Source: Candidatus Curtissbacteria bacterium RIFCSPLOWO2_02_41_11
GTDB lineage: Bacteria > Patescibacteriota > Microgenomatia > Curtissbacterales > GWA2-41-24
Length of the DNA stretch: 58,702 nucleotides
NCBI GenBank assembly: GCA_001775055.1
Contig: MFBU01000014.1
Span: 59,833 to 118,534 of the forward strand
Direction of reading: 5' to 3'
Both the position numbers and the translations under genes were made by a program. Under the pieces are notes generated by a model. It had not been told where the DNA came from and did no database searches. It was given only the letters and a program-made list of their open reading frames with translations. Below, piece after piece: positions 1 to 8,551 of the stretch (position 1 is its first letter; every line of letters starts with the position of its first letter).

Positions 1-1
1 T

Positions 2-1759
2 TTTGAGGATTTTTGTGAGGTTCACTTAATCAAAAATAATAAAGTAGTCACTTCCCAAACTTCTAAATCTCCTATTTCTGCACAAAAGATTGTTGGACTA
101 GTTGGTAGATTAAAAGAAGAAAGTCAAGAGCTCCCGTCAAGAATTATTGTCTTTGGGGCAAATGAAAGTTCTGACATTTTCCAAAAGTTATCAGCGGTCA
201 ACTGGCATGATATTTTTGTTCATGAACCAAAAATTGATATTGTCAGTGATGAAGATTTGGCAAAATCAGTTGCCTATGCCCAGGCTCAGGATATTTTAGG
301 ATATGAGCCGACAATCGGTTCAGATACCAAAGGTAAAAAAGAAATAAAAGAGAGCATTGCCGAAGCTTCCGGTGAATTCGGCTTCATTGAGGGTGAAGAT
401 ATTTTGCTTGATAAAGGGGATGAAGAGTCTGATCGTAAGATGCCTCCACTTGAGCAAAAACCAGATGAGGATTTAATAAAAAAACCGCATGCGTTTGAGA
501 AGGAAGAATATGCTGTTGAAATTGACTCAACAGCCGCAAGTCCTGCCGAGGCAGAATCTGCCGAAAAACCGGATTTTGGTGAACAATTGGCAACTGTTGC
601 CTATCTGCCAAAGATTTTCGGCCTTTTAAAAAAACGGCCACCCCTTAAAAATTTGCTTATTGCCGTCGCTATTTTATTGATCATTTTCCTTATTGGGAGT
701 TTTGTAGCCGCCCAAACATTAACTGAAGCAAAAATACGCATAAAAGTTAATGCCAAGCCCCAGGAATCGAATTTTAATGTCAGTGCCGCAAGCGGCGGTT
801 CATTCGACCAAGACAGGCAGCAGATTGCGGCGGAAGAAATCTCGGCTCAGGCCTCCGGTAACCAAAAGGCGGTAGCTACCGGCTCTAAAAAATTGGGTGA
901 AAAAGCCCACGGTGAGGTGACTGTTTTAAACTGGACGACTTCTCCCAAGGATTTTCCCTCCCAAACAGTGATTCTTTCCAAGGATGGCCTAAAATTTACG
1001 CTTGATGCTGATATAGCAGTTGCCTCCCGAAGCGCTTCAACTCCTGGACAGAGCAAAGTCACTGTCAAAGCAGTGGAAGTTGGGCCAAACGGCAATATTG
1101 ATGCGGGTAATGACTTTACTTTTCAGCAGTTTGATGATCTTTTATATTCGGCGCGCAATGACTTGGCCCTTACCGACGGAGCCGAGAGACAGGTAACGGT
1201 GGTTTCCCAAGAAGACCAAGACAGGCTTAATAAATCACTGACTGACTTGCTAACGGACAAAGCCAAACAAGATCTAATGTCAAAAGCTTCCGGCAAAAAA
1301 TTGGCAGATGAGGCGATTGTTGTTAAAGTTCTTAAAAAAGCATTCGATAAAAAAATCGATGAGGAGGCCTCACTGGTTAATCTGGATATGGAAGTTGAAG
1401 CCTCGGCAATCGTTTATGATGAGAATGATTTGAAAAAGCTGCTGGCAGAGTCCATCACCAATCTTCCCGAAAATCTGGAAGCCAGACCGGAAAATGTTGA
1501 AATAACTAAAATTGATTCTCAAAGAAAGAATGATACTCTTAGCCTTTCCGGAAGATTTCAGGCAGAGCTTGTGCCGAAATTTAATGAGGATGAACTCCGC
1601 GGAAAAATTGCCGGCAAAAGCGTTAAAGAGATAAGAGCAATTATTAAGGAGGTACCGGAAGTTACAGATGTTATTGTCGAATTTTCGCCAAACATTCCCC
1701 TTTTTAATCCGATTCCGCGCAATAAATCAAAGATAAAATTTGCAGTTGAGGCAAGTTAA
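2..1759 (+). CDS. 5'-truncated hypothetical membrane-anchored protein (one TM helix, large C-terminal extracytoplasmic domain)
   Basis: The frame of ORF 257..1759 has no stop back to nt 2, so the TTG at 257 is probably internal. Hydrophobic helix LLIAVAILLIIFLIGSFVAA. No nameable catalytic motif. Confidence 0.6.
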   Translation, partial: FEDFCEVHLIKNNKVVTSQTSKSPISAQKIVGLVGRLKEESQELPSRIIVFGANESSDIFQKLSAVNWHDIFVHEPKIDIVSDEDLAKSVAYAQAQDILGYEPTIGSDTKGKKEIKESIAEASGEFGFIEGEDILLDKGDEESDRKMPPLEQKPDEDLIKKPHAFEKEEYAVEIDSTAASPAEAESAEKPDFGEQLATVAYLPKIFGLLKKRPPLKNLLIAVAILLIIFLIGSFVAAQTLTEAKIRIKVNAKPQESNFNVSAASGGSFDQDRQQIAAEEISAQASGNQKAVATGSKKLGEKAHGEVTVLNWTTSPKDFPSQTVILSKDGLKFTLDADIAVASRSASTPGQSKVTVKAVEVGPNGNIDAGNDFTFQQFDDLLYSARNDLALTDGAERQVTVVSQEDQDRLNKSLTDLLTDKAKQDLMSKASGKKLADEAIVVKVLKKAFDKKIDEEASLVNLDMEVEASAIVYDENDLKKLLAESITNLPENLEARPENVEITKIDSQRKNDTLSLSGRFQAELVPKFNEDELRGKIAGKSVKEIRAIIKEVPEVTDVIVEFSPNIPLFNPIPRNKSKIKFAVEAS

Positions 1760-2491
1760 GTGAGTTTAGCCGTTTACATTAAGGCTCCGCCAATTTATCG
1801 AAAATTACCTAAGATTGCCAAAGATCACAGCAAGCGTGACCGTTTTTTTTACGGATTGATTTCGGCGGTTGGCGCATTTTCAATAGGTTTTGCCATTTGG
1901 CCCTATTTTGCTTGGCAATTAACCACTGCTTCAAAACTGACCCAAAAGATTGAAAAGTTTCCGATTCCCCAAGCCCAAGTACTGTCGGCAAGCACCATTC
2001 TGGCAAACGAAGTTCAAGTTGCCAAAGACTCGGATGGCTTTTCTTACTTCACGACGACTTATAAACCAGAAGGTACAAGACCAACCGAATTTTTTATAAC
2101 CGTTCCTAAACTTGAAATTAAGGATGCGCGTGTTTTGATCGATAGCCTGCGTTTTGACAAAAGCCTGGCTCATTTTCCAGGTAGCGCTCTACCCGGAGAA
2201 GTCGGCAATTCGTTTATCACCGGCCATTCAGTGTTGCCTCAATTTGCCGACCCAAAAAATTACTGGGCAATTTTTACCAAACTTTCGGATCTTGAGATAG
2301 GGGATAATGTTTATGTTGAGATTTCCGGCCAAAAACTAAGTTTTGTCGTCCAATACGCTAAAATTGTCGATTCCCGCGATCTTTCGGTTCTTTTACCAAT
2401 TTCGGCAACCGGCCGTAATTTAACGCTAATGACCTGTGTTCCTCCCGGCACTAATTTAAAGAGATTAGTTGTCATCACTGGTTTGCTTTAA
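1760..2491 (+). CDS. sortase-family transpeptidase
   Basis: N-terminal TM. ITGHS (His), LTLMTC (TLxTC Cys) and a downstream Arg (KRLVV) follow the sortase catalytic arrangement. GTG start directly after the previous stop. Confidence 0.85.
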   Translation: MSLAVYIKAPPIYRKLPKIAKDHSKRDRFFYGLISAVGAFSIGFAIWPYFAWQLTTASKLTQKIEKFPIPQAQVLSASTILANEVQVAKDSDGFSYFTTTYKPEGTRPTEFFITVPKLEIKDARVLIDSLRFDKSLAHFPGSALPGEVGNSFITGHSVLPQFADPKNYWAIFTKLSDLEIGDNVYVEISGQKLSFVVQYAKIVDSRDLSVLLPISATGRNLTLMTCVPPGTNLKRLVVITGLL

Positions 2492-2533
2492 AGCGGGTTC
2501 GAACTCCATTTCAATTTCTGCTAGACTATAGCC

Positions 2534-3178
2534 ATGAGCAAAAATGGTTTTGTGCTGCCTTTGGTATTAGTTGCGGCTGTCGGATTGGCGATAGCAGGAG
2601 CGGCTGTTTATTCCCAAATAAAACTGAATGTCACACAGCCGCCTCAACCCCTTCAAGAAACAAATCATGAGTCTCCCTCTTTAAATCAAACGCCAGTCCC
2701 AAGTCCGACTGCTACTGCCAAATCCATAATTGATAAGGTAACCGGTGTTCTTAGTATCCAAGAAGTTAATAGTAACAAAGATGCTTATGTTGGAAAGCAA
2801 ATAAGTGTCAGAGGCAAAATATATGTCCGGCATAATTATTCGTTGATGCCTTGCAACGCCAATGATCCCGAAACTTGTAATCCTGAAATTGGTGATCCGA
2901 CGCTTCATCTTGTCAATCCGGATAGTTCATCCATAACCCCGAGCGGTGGCCAAATTCTTGATCTTTATCGAAGCGTTTCTGGCGGAAAATATGAACCTGC
3001 TACCTGTAAGACTATCAATCAAAACACCGTTGATTGCGGAAAGTATCAGCAAAACGAAGTTACCGTTATTGAAGGGATATTTACCAGGGATAAAATTCCT
3101 TATCAGCAAGTAGGCGATTCCGCCGGCAACATCAAAACCCTCAAATACCAAGACATCTATTTCTTGGTTATTGAATAA
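2534..3178 (+). CDS. hypothetical secreted/membrane-anchored protein
   Basis: 214-aa ORF with an N-terminal hydrophobic signal/anchor (FVLPLVLVAAVGLAIAGAAV). No recognisable motif. Confidence 0.6.
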   Translation: MSKNGFVLPLVLVAAVGLAIAGAAVYSQIKLNVTQPPQPLQETNHESPSLNQTPVPSPTATAKSIIDKVTGVLSIQEVNSNKDAYVGKQISVRGKIYVRHNYSLMPCNANDPETCNPEIGDPTLHLVNPDSSSITPSGGQILDLYRSVSGGKYEPATCKTINQNTVDCGKYQQNEVTVIEGIFTRDKIPYQQVGDSAGNIKTLKYQDIYFLVIE

Positions 3179-3233
3179 TTAATTTATTTTTCCAATATTT
3201 GACAATTGATCTACAACCTTCGACAATTAGTTC

Positions 3234-3617
3234 GTGATTTTGGGAATTGATCTTGGGCAAAAGACCACTGGCATCGCTATCTCCGAGGGTAATTTTGCAT
3301 CCCCATACACAACCATCAAACACCAAACAATTAAAGAGGCAGTTTCTAAAATATCTAAAATTTGTGATGAGTTAGGTGTTAAAAAGCTGGTTGTCGGTTT
3401 TGTCGAAGGCAAAATTAAATCCTATTTTCAAAAATTTGCCAAAATTTTTGAAAGAATCAATCCAGAAATTGAGGTTATTTTGTGGGACGAAACCATGACT
3501 ACTAGACAAGCCCGAAGTTACATGATAAAACTGCAAATACCTAAGATTAAAAGAGCAAAAAAGGAACATCAAGTAGCGGCTTCTATTATTTTACAAAGCT
3601 ACCTTGACAGTTTATGA
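3234..3617 (+). CDS. ruvX: Holliday junction resolvase-like nuclease RuvX/YqgF
   Basis: N-terminus ILGIDLGQKTTGIAIS is typical of the YqgF family. 127 aa. GTG start. Confidence 0.85.
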   Translation: MILGIDLGQKTTGIAISEGNFASPYTTIKHQTIKEAVSKISKICDELGVKKLVVGFVEGKIKSYFQKFAKIFERINPEIEVILWDETMTTRQARSYMIKLQIPKIKRAKKEHQVAASIILQSYLDSL

Positions 3618-3823
3618 TTAAAAAAATACTTGCTCCGGTTCAGGCCTGGATTTTGCTTCAGGGCAAATGTGTGGGTTGTGGCCGAAGTTTAGCACTAAGT
3701 CGCAAAATTGAAAGAGGCAACAATACCCAAAAAGTAATTTGTTCCTGTGGCCGCATTTTTATCTTCGATAAAAGAACGGGTAAGTATCACCGGGCAACCT
3801 TTGTGGAGGCCAAAGTTGATTAG
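3614..3823 (+). CDS. small four-Cys zinc-ribbon protein, function unknown
   Basis: CVGCG ... CSCG motif pair. ATGA start/stop overlap with ruvX. Confidence 0.5.
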   Translation: MIKKILAPVQAWILLQGKCVGCGRSLALSRKIERGNNTQKVICSCGRIFIFDKRTGKYHRATFVEAKVD

Positions 3824-4802
3824 GAAGAAATTTCTTATCTTTTCCATTTTATTTGTCGTTTTAATACTTGCGCCGATCGTTTTAAATCAGTACTACAATT
3901 ATTTACTCAAATCCCGATCGACACAGGAATCCTTCCAAATTTTCATCATCAAGCCCGGCCAGCCGATTGCCCAAATTGCCAAAAATCTTGAAAAAGCGGG
4001 ACTTGTCAAAAATGCCCTTGCCTTTAGACTTTTAGTTGCCCAGATGGGAATTGCCAAAAATATCCAATATGGTGATTTTCGCTTGTCACCTAACAAAACT
4101 TCCCGTGAGATCGCTCAGGAGCTAACTCATGGCGCAATAGATGTGTGGGTTACTTTGCCTGAAGGCATGCGTGTCGAGCAGCAGGCTGATTTGATTGAGT
4201 CCAAGCTGAAAGTTTCCTCCAATGACAAATATCAGTTTGACAAGAAAGAATACATTAAGCTTGCCCAAGAAGGTTATATGTTCCCGGATACTTATCTGAT
4301 TGCCAAAGATGCTGCCGCCAAAGATATCGTTGAAAGACTGCGCCAAACTTTTGATGAAAAAGTTGCTAAGAATTTGTTAGTGACAAGCTCAGGTCTGAGC
4401 GAGGATGAGATTGTGATTTTGGCTTCACTTATTGAAAAAGAGGCCAAAAGCGATGAAGAAAGGTCGACAATTGCCGGAATTTTATTAAACAGGGTCGACG
4501 TAGGTATGGCTTTGGAAGTTGATGCAACAGTTTCTTATGCCAAAGGTTATGATAGCGCAAATAATACTTGGTGGCCAACGGTAACCGTAGCTGATTACAA
4601 AAGCGTGAAATCATCTTATAATACTTATCTTAATGCGGGTTTGCCACCGGCACCCATTGCCAGTCCTGGTCTTGAGTCCATTAGATCTGCAGCTAGTCCT
4701 GCCCAAACAGACTACTTTTACTATCTTCATGATTCAAAGGGCCAAATCCACTATGCCAAGACAGTTGAAGAACACAACAAAAACATCCAAGATTTTCTCT
4801 AA
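3816..4802 (+). CDS. mltG: endolytic murein transglycosylase MltG (YceG-like)
   Basis: N-terminal TM, then LASLIEKEAKSDEER...AGILLNRV and YNTYLNAGLPPAPIASPG, as in YceG/MltG. Start uncertain: TTG 3816 is chosen, but the ORF is open from 3747. Confidence 0.85.
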   Translation: MIRKKFLIFSILFVVLILAPIVLNQYYNYLLKSRSTQESFQIFIIKPGQPIAQIAKNLEKAGLVKNALAFRLLVAQMGIAKNIQYGDFRLSPNKTSREIAQELTHGAIDVWVTLPEGMRVEQQADLIESKLKVSSNDKYQFDKKEYIKLAQEGYMFPDTYLIAKDAAAKDIVERLRQTFDEKVAKNLLVTSSGLSEDEIVILASLIEKEAKSDEERSTIAGILLNRVDVGMALEVDATVSYAKGYDSANNTWWPTVTVADYKSVKSSYNTYLNAGLPPAPIASPGLESIRSAASPAQTDYFYYLHDSKGQIHYAKTVEEHNKNIQDFL

Positions 4803-4822
4803 AATTAGTTTGAATTGTAAAA

Positions 4823-4851
4823 TTGACACTTAATATCAAATTTGATATAAT
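4823..4851 (+). promoter_or_regulatory. consensus-like sigma70 promoter with embedded 16-bp perfect palindrome (putative HigA-like operator)
   Basis: TTGACA(4823)-N17-TATAAT(4846) preceded by TG. The spacer contains ATATCAAATTTGATAT. The -10 box ends only 3 nt before the ATG at 4855, so the transcript start or leader is unclear. Confidence 0.5.
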
Positions 4852-4854
4852 TTA

Positions 4855-5211
4855 ATGGATTTTAAAATAGTCTTTTACAAAGACAGTTTTGGCAAAAGTC
4901 CTATTGAAGAATTTTTTCTAAAACTTGCCAGCAGCAATAGATTACTATTGGCCAAAGCTCGGGAAGGGATCGAGAAGTTAAGAAATAGAGCTTATCACAG
5001 AGAACCTTTATCCAAGTACATAGAGCAAGGATTATGGGAACTAAGAGTAAGATCAAATAATGACATATTAAGAATTCTGTATACTTTTACTAAAGGACAA
5101 ATAATTATTTTATTGCACGTTTTTATTAAAAAACAACAAAAAACGTCCAAAAGTGAACTGGAAATTGCCAGGAAAAGACTCAAAGAATTAATAGCAAGGA
5201 AAGATTCATGA
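4855..5211 (+). CDS. RelE/HigB-like toxin (phage Gp49-like family)
   Basis: 118 aa. Motifs GLWELRV...ILRILYTF...IILLHVF are typical of Gp49/HigB-like toxins. 4-nt overlap with the downstream HTH gene. Confidence 0.75.
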   Translation: MDFKIVFYKDSFGKSPIEEFFLKLASSNRLLLAKAREGIEKLRNRAYHREPLSKYIEQGLWELRVRSNNDILRILYTFTKGQIIILLHVFIKKQQKTSKSELEIARKRLKELIARKDS

Positions 5212-5528
5212 AAAGAAAAAAGGATGATTTGGACAGATTAACAGAAAAACTTCTTAAAAAAGATCCTTCTTTAAAAGAAGAGTTTGAAAGGGCAGGCCAA
5301 GCCTGGGATATTGCATTTCAAATTTATGATCTTAGAAAAAAAGCAGGGCTTACTCAAGCACAGTTAGCAAGACTCGTTGGAACAAAACAATCTAATATAG
5401 CCAGAATCGAATCTGCAGATTATACAGGTTATACATTCAAGACCTTGGAAAAGGTTACTAAAGCTCTAAAATCTAAATTAGAGATAAAAATTGTTCCTAC
5501 AACTTACATAAGATCTGTCCAAGCCTAA
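5208..5528 (+). CDS. HTH XRE-family antitoxin (HigA-like)
   Basis: HTH segment GLTQAQLARLVGTKQSNIARIE. Translationally coupled to the upstream toxin-like gene. Confidence 0.75.
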   Translation: MKRKKDDLDRLTEKLLKKDPSLKEEFERAGQAWDIAFQIYDLRKKAGLTQAQLARLVGTKQSNIARIESADYTGYTFKTLEKVTKALKSKLEIKIVPTTYIRSVQA

Positions 5529-5571
5529 TTTTTTTCCCCCCCGAATCCGTCCCAAAGTTAATTACCAAGTA

Positions 5572-5607
5572 GTTGTAGAGTAACCACAAACGGAAGTACA
5601 ATTGGTC
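5572..5607 (+). repeat. 36-nt repeat X, copy 1 (second copy at 6076..6111)
   Basis: gttgtagagtaaccacaaacggaagtacaattggtc vs gttgtacataaaatctcaacggaagtacaattagtc. They share an exact core aacggaagtacaatt. The two copies flank the XRE gene 5694..5999. Confidence 0.5.
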
Positions 5608-5623
5608 TGTTGAATATGACAGC

Positions 5624-5652
5624 TTGACATTAAGTAACTTATAAGTTACCAT
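5624..5652 (+). promoter_or_regulatory. putative promoter with 16-bp perfect palindrome operator upstream of XRE gene
   Basis: TTGACA(5624)-N17-TACCAT(5647). The palindrome GTAACTTATAAGTTAC (5634..5649) overlaps the spacer and -10 box. Confidence 0.45.
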
Positions 5653-5693
5653 ATGAAAAAGAATATTTTCTTAGATAAGGAGATTAAAACAGT

Positions 5694-5999
5694 ATGAATC
5701 GTAAAATTAAACAAGCTGTCAAAAGAGGAGAATTAGTTGACTATACTGATCTGTTTGCCAGCTATTCTAAGAAACGCCAGCAGGAAATCTTGAAGCGAGC
5801 TAGATATTTAAAAGCTGCAATGGAGCTGAAAAAATTAAGAAAGCAGCTTAGAATCTCCCAAAATGAACTGGCTCGTAAGATGAAAGTAAAACGAGAATAT
5901 ATTACTCGAATTGAGAGCGGAGAGCAAAATATAACAATTGAAACCTTAAACAGGATAGCCGAAGCAACCGGTAAAGAGTTTGAGTTTCATTTTAAATAG
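5694..5999 (+). CDS. HTH XRE-family transcriptional regulator (possible orphan antitoxin)
   Basis: HTH ISQNELARKMKVKREYITRIESGEQN. 101 aa. Confidence 0.75.
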   Translation: MNRKIKQAVKRGELVDYTDLFASYSKKRQQEILKRARYLKAAMELKKLRKQLRISQNELARKMKVKREYITRIESGEQNITIETLNRIAEATGKEFEFHFK

Positions 6000-6075
6000 C
6001 TATTTCCTCTAAGTTACTAGATACATTTTAAACCTTTTTTGTCAAAAAATTCCGGGATTCATCCATTCCCTGACT

Positions 6076-6111
6076 GTTGTACATAAAATCTCAACGGAAG
6101 TACAATTAGTC
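6076..6111 (+). repeat. 36-nt repeat X, copy 2
   Basis: See 5572..5607. About 27/36 identical by eye. Confidence 0.5.
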
Positions 6112-6226
6112 GGCGTAGAAGACTAAATGGTGAGTTTGGTCGAAGACGGTGAGGCTTTGTCGAACTGCCGAATCCATCAGCTTGGTTTAATGATCCTGAG
6201 GTCAAGACCGAAGGTCTCAGACTCGA

Positions 6227-6289
6227 ATGGGCAAGCGCGGTGATAGAAGATATAGAGAAGAAGATATTGAGAAGTTTATAAAAATTTAA
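6227..6289 (+). pseudogene. relic 3' end of a MerR/excisionase-type HTH gene
   Basis: Encodes MGKRGDRRYREEDIEKFIKI*. An in-frame stop lies upstream at 6197. Paralogous to 7085..7144. Confidence 0.55.
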
Positions 6290-6299
6290 AAAGCGGCTT

Positions 6300-6965
6300 A
6301 TGATAAACGCAACAAATAAAAAGATGGAGAAAAATACCAAACCAGCAAAATTTGTCTGCTATGCATTTATAGATGCAGCCAATTTATTTTATGGCGGAGA
6401 AAAAAGTTTAGGGTGGAGCATCGATTATAAAAAACTCTTGATCTATTTAAAGGAAAAATTTAAAGTTAAAAAGGCATTTTACTATGCTGGAGTTGAGCTC
6501 AACGGATTTCCTTATTCAATAATCGATTCCAAACCAATAGATTTATATAAACTCCTCTCATTTCATAATAAAAAGCTCTCAACAAAACTCTCAGAAGCCA
6601 AACTTTTAATTAGTCAAAAGCATATCCAAAGAATCAAATTTTATCGAAAGTTAGAAAAGTTTGGATACATGATGAGGTTAAAACCAACAAAAATTTATTG
6701 GGAAAATGAAAAACCGATTAAAAAAGCAAATTGTGACGTTGATATGACTTTTGATCTCATGCGCTACATGGAACAATATTCCCAAGCAGTAATTCTCTCG
6801 GGTGACGGCGACTTTGCTGTGGTAATTAAATATCTTATGAGTAAAGGAAGAAAAATTCATATACTGGCACGATCGGAAAGGACGGCTAAGGAAATAAAAC
6901 AGCTGGCTGCCGAAAGATTTATGGATTTTAATTATTTGAGAGAAAGGCTGAAGTACGAAAAATGA
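6300..6965 (+). CDS. NYN-domain (LabA/DUF88-like) predicted RNase
   Basis: FIDAANLFYG near the N-terminus, then CDVDMTFDLM and ILSGDGDFAVVIKYL: the acidic motif pattern of NYN/LabA proteins. Confidence 0.75.
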   Translation: MINATNKKMEKNTKPAKFVCYAFIDAANLFYGGEKSLGWSIDYKKLLIYLKEKFKVKKAFYYAGVELNGFPYSIIDSKPIDLYKLLSFHNKKLSTKLSEAKLLISQKHIQRIKFYRKLEKFGYMMRLKPTKIYWENEKPIKKANCDVDMTFDLMRYMEQYSQAVILSGDGDFAVVIKYLMSKGRKIHILARSERTAKEIKQLAAERFMDFNYLRERLKYEK

Positions 6966-6991
6966 ACAAAAAAGAAGGGAACCCATCTAGG

Positions 6992-7144
6992 ATGCCCTTC
7001 ATGTTTAGTAGCAATATTATAATTTACGATAAACTTCTGGTCAAGAGGTAAGTGGATTGGAAATTAAAAGCAATTATAATCAGCAAGCGCGGTGACAGGC
7101 GTTATAAAGAAGAAGATATTGAAGAACTAATAAAACACAAATGA
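6992..7144 (+). pseudogene. small MerR/excisionase-type HTH gene disrupted by in-frame TAA
   Basis: Reads MPFMFSSNIIIYDKLLVKR*VDWKLKAIIISKRGDRRYKEEDIEELIKHK*, with the stop at 7049..7051. The C-terminal half is paralogous to 6227..6289. Confidence 0.5.
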
Positions 7145-7181
7145 CAAAAACTCAAAAAAGAGTAAAATTAAGCTCCTAAAC

Positions 7182-8111
7182 ATGAAACAGCTCATCATTG
7201 GTTTGTACACAATTCTGACAGTCACAATAGCGAATAACAGGTTTTACTTGGCGCGTATGCTGGGTTTTAGAAGTGAATTGGAGCTTAGAGATTTTTTTAT
7301 AAAAAAGAAAAAAACTTTGCTTGATGGGGGACAATTTATATTTATGCCAAGAGAAAATCTTAAGCATCGTCTTTTATATATCACGATTACAAAAGATGAG
7401 AAAGAAAATTATATAGAATTTTATAAAAATATTTCCAAAATACCTATCGTTTCTCAACTATTTTTTATCACTTATTCTAGTTCTAAACACTGGAAGGACT
7501 GCAACTTTAATGCGAGAATTGATGGAAAAATAGTCAATATCAAAATTCCCCAACCAAATTTTACAGTCTATGGGTTTAAGAATGGTAAGTTTGAAAAATC
7601 CCGCATTGAAAAAATCGTCGATAATTTTGAAAAGAAAAATAGTTTGAGCTTTGGACGACAAAAAGAAAATAAACTTTCTTATCTTTCAAAATATGCTATA
7701 GACTCAGTAGAATCTGTATATTCGAATCGTTTTTTTCTCGATGTTATTTTAAGGGAATATCGAAAAGGTATGATTGACTTCGATGGAATTTTGAAAAAAG
7801 ATGAAAACTATTTACTACTAGAATCAAAGGAAAAAGATGCTGGAGGGAATGAAGGGGATAAGTACTTTGGGTGGGATTCTAGAAGGTTGCCTTGGTACTT
7901 ATATATTAAAAATGTTAGCGGACTTGAGACGTTTTATGTGATAAGGGAGGTTGATAACCAAACGGATAGAAATTTTGTTGATTGGAGATGCATAAGTCTA
8001 AATGACTTTTCCGAATCAGCTTCTTGGTTATCGGAAAGTGGAGGTGGAGGGAATGTTGGGACGATTACTTGTCCGGTTGGGGCTTTTAAGAGCTTAAAAG
8101 AACTTCTGTAA
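7182..8111 (+). CDS. candidate PD-(D/E)xK restriction endonuclease partnered with the Dcm/Vsr genes
   Basis: IDFDGI...LLLESKEKD fits D...ExK. Convergent with vsr, overlapping it by 18 nt. No family can be assigned by eye. Confidence 0.5.
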   Translation: MKQLIIGLYTILTVTIANNRFYLARMLGFRSELELRDFFIKKKKTLLDGGQFIFMPRENLKHRLLYITITKDEKENYIEFYKNISKIPIVSQLFFITYSSSKHWKDCNFNARIDGKIVNIKIPQPNFTVYGFKNGKFEKSRIEKIVDNFEKKNSLSFGRQKENKLSYLSKYAIDSVESVYSNRFFLDVILREYRKGMIDFDGILKKDENYLLLESKEKDAGGNEGDKYFGWDSRRLPWYLYIKNVSGLETFYVIREVDNQTDRNFVDWRCISLNDFSESASWLSESGGGGNVGTITCPVGAFKSLKELL

Positions 8112-8525
8112 CTGATACATTATTTTTTTTGCCGGCTGAACATTTTTACTAACATTAAATTCGTGTTCCCAAATCCTTAGAACACTCCACCCTTCTTTTT
8201 TTAGACTTCTATTCACTTCTCTGTCCCTTATTAAATTACGCCTAATTTTAGGGAGCCAAAAATTCTTATTAGTTTTTGGTGCTACAAAATGGTGCTTACA
8301 TTTATGCCAAAAACACCCATCAATAAAAATGGCTACTTTTTTTCTTGTAAAAACTACATCAGGCTTTCCAGTCAGTTTGTAATTAAGTCTATAACCCCTT
8401 ATGTTGTTGATGAACAGTAATTTTCGAAGTTGAATCTCCGGACTTGTGTCTCTAGAGAGAATTCTCGACATGTTAAAGCTTCTTTGCTGCGGTGTTAACA
8501 CATCCATGCTAAAGATTATATTCAC
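8094..8525 (-). CDS. vsr: very short patch repair endonuclease Vsr
   Basis: RSFNMSRI..SRDTSPE, GKPDVVF, VAIFIDGCFWHKC match Vsr motifs. The true start may be the internal Met (MDVLTPQQRS) at 8507. Confidence 0.9.
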   Translation of the reverse strand: MNIIFSMDVLTPQQRSFNMSRILSRDTSPEIQLRKLLFINNIRGYRLNYKLTGKPDVVFTRKKVAIFIDGCFWHKCKHHFVAPKTNKNFWLPKIRRNLIRDREVNRSLKKEGWSVLRIWEHEFNVSKNVQPAKKIMYQLQKFF

Positions 8526-8551
8526 CCGAATATAAGTTTTCTAGGGGAGAA

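Noticed and set aside
2488-2515. tRNA-like T-arm motif gggttcgaactcc after the sortase gene
   Set aside because: I could not fold the flanking sequence into acceptor, D or anticodon arms. It is probably a chance match.
6059-6340. 93-aa minus-strand ORF
   Set aside because: It lies antisense to the HTH relic and the NYN start. It is low-complexity with no RBS, and the relic on the plus strand explains the region better.
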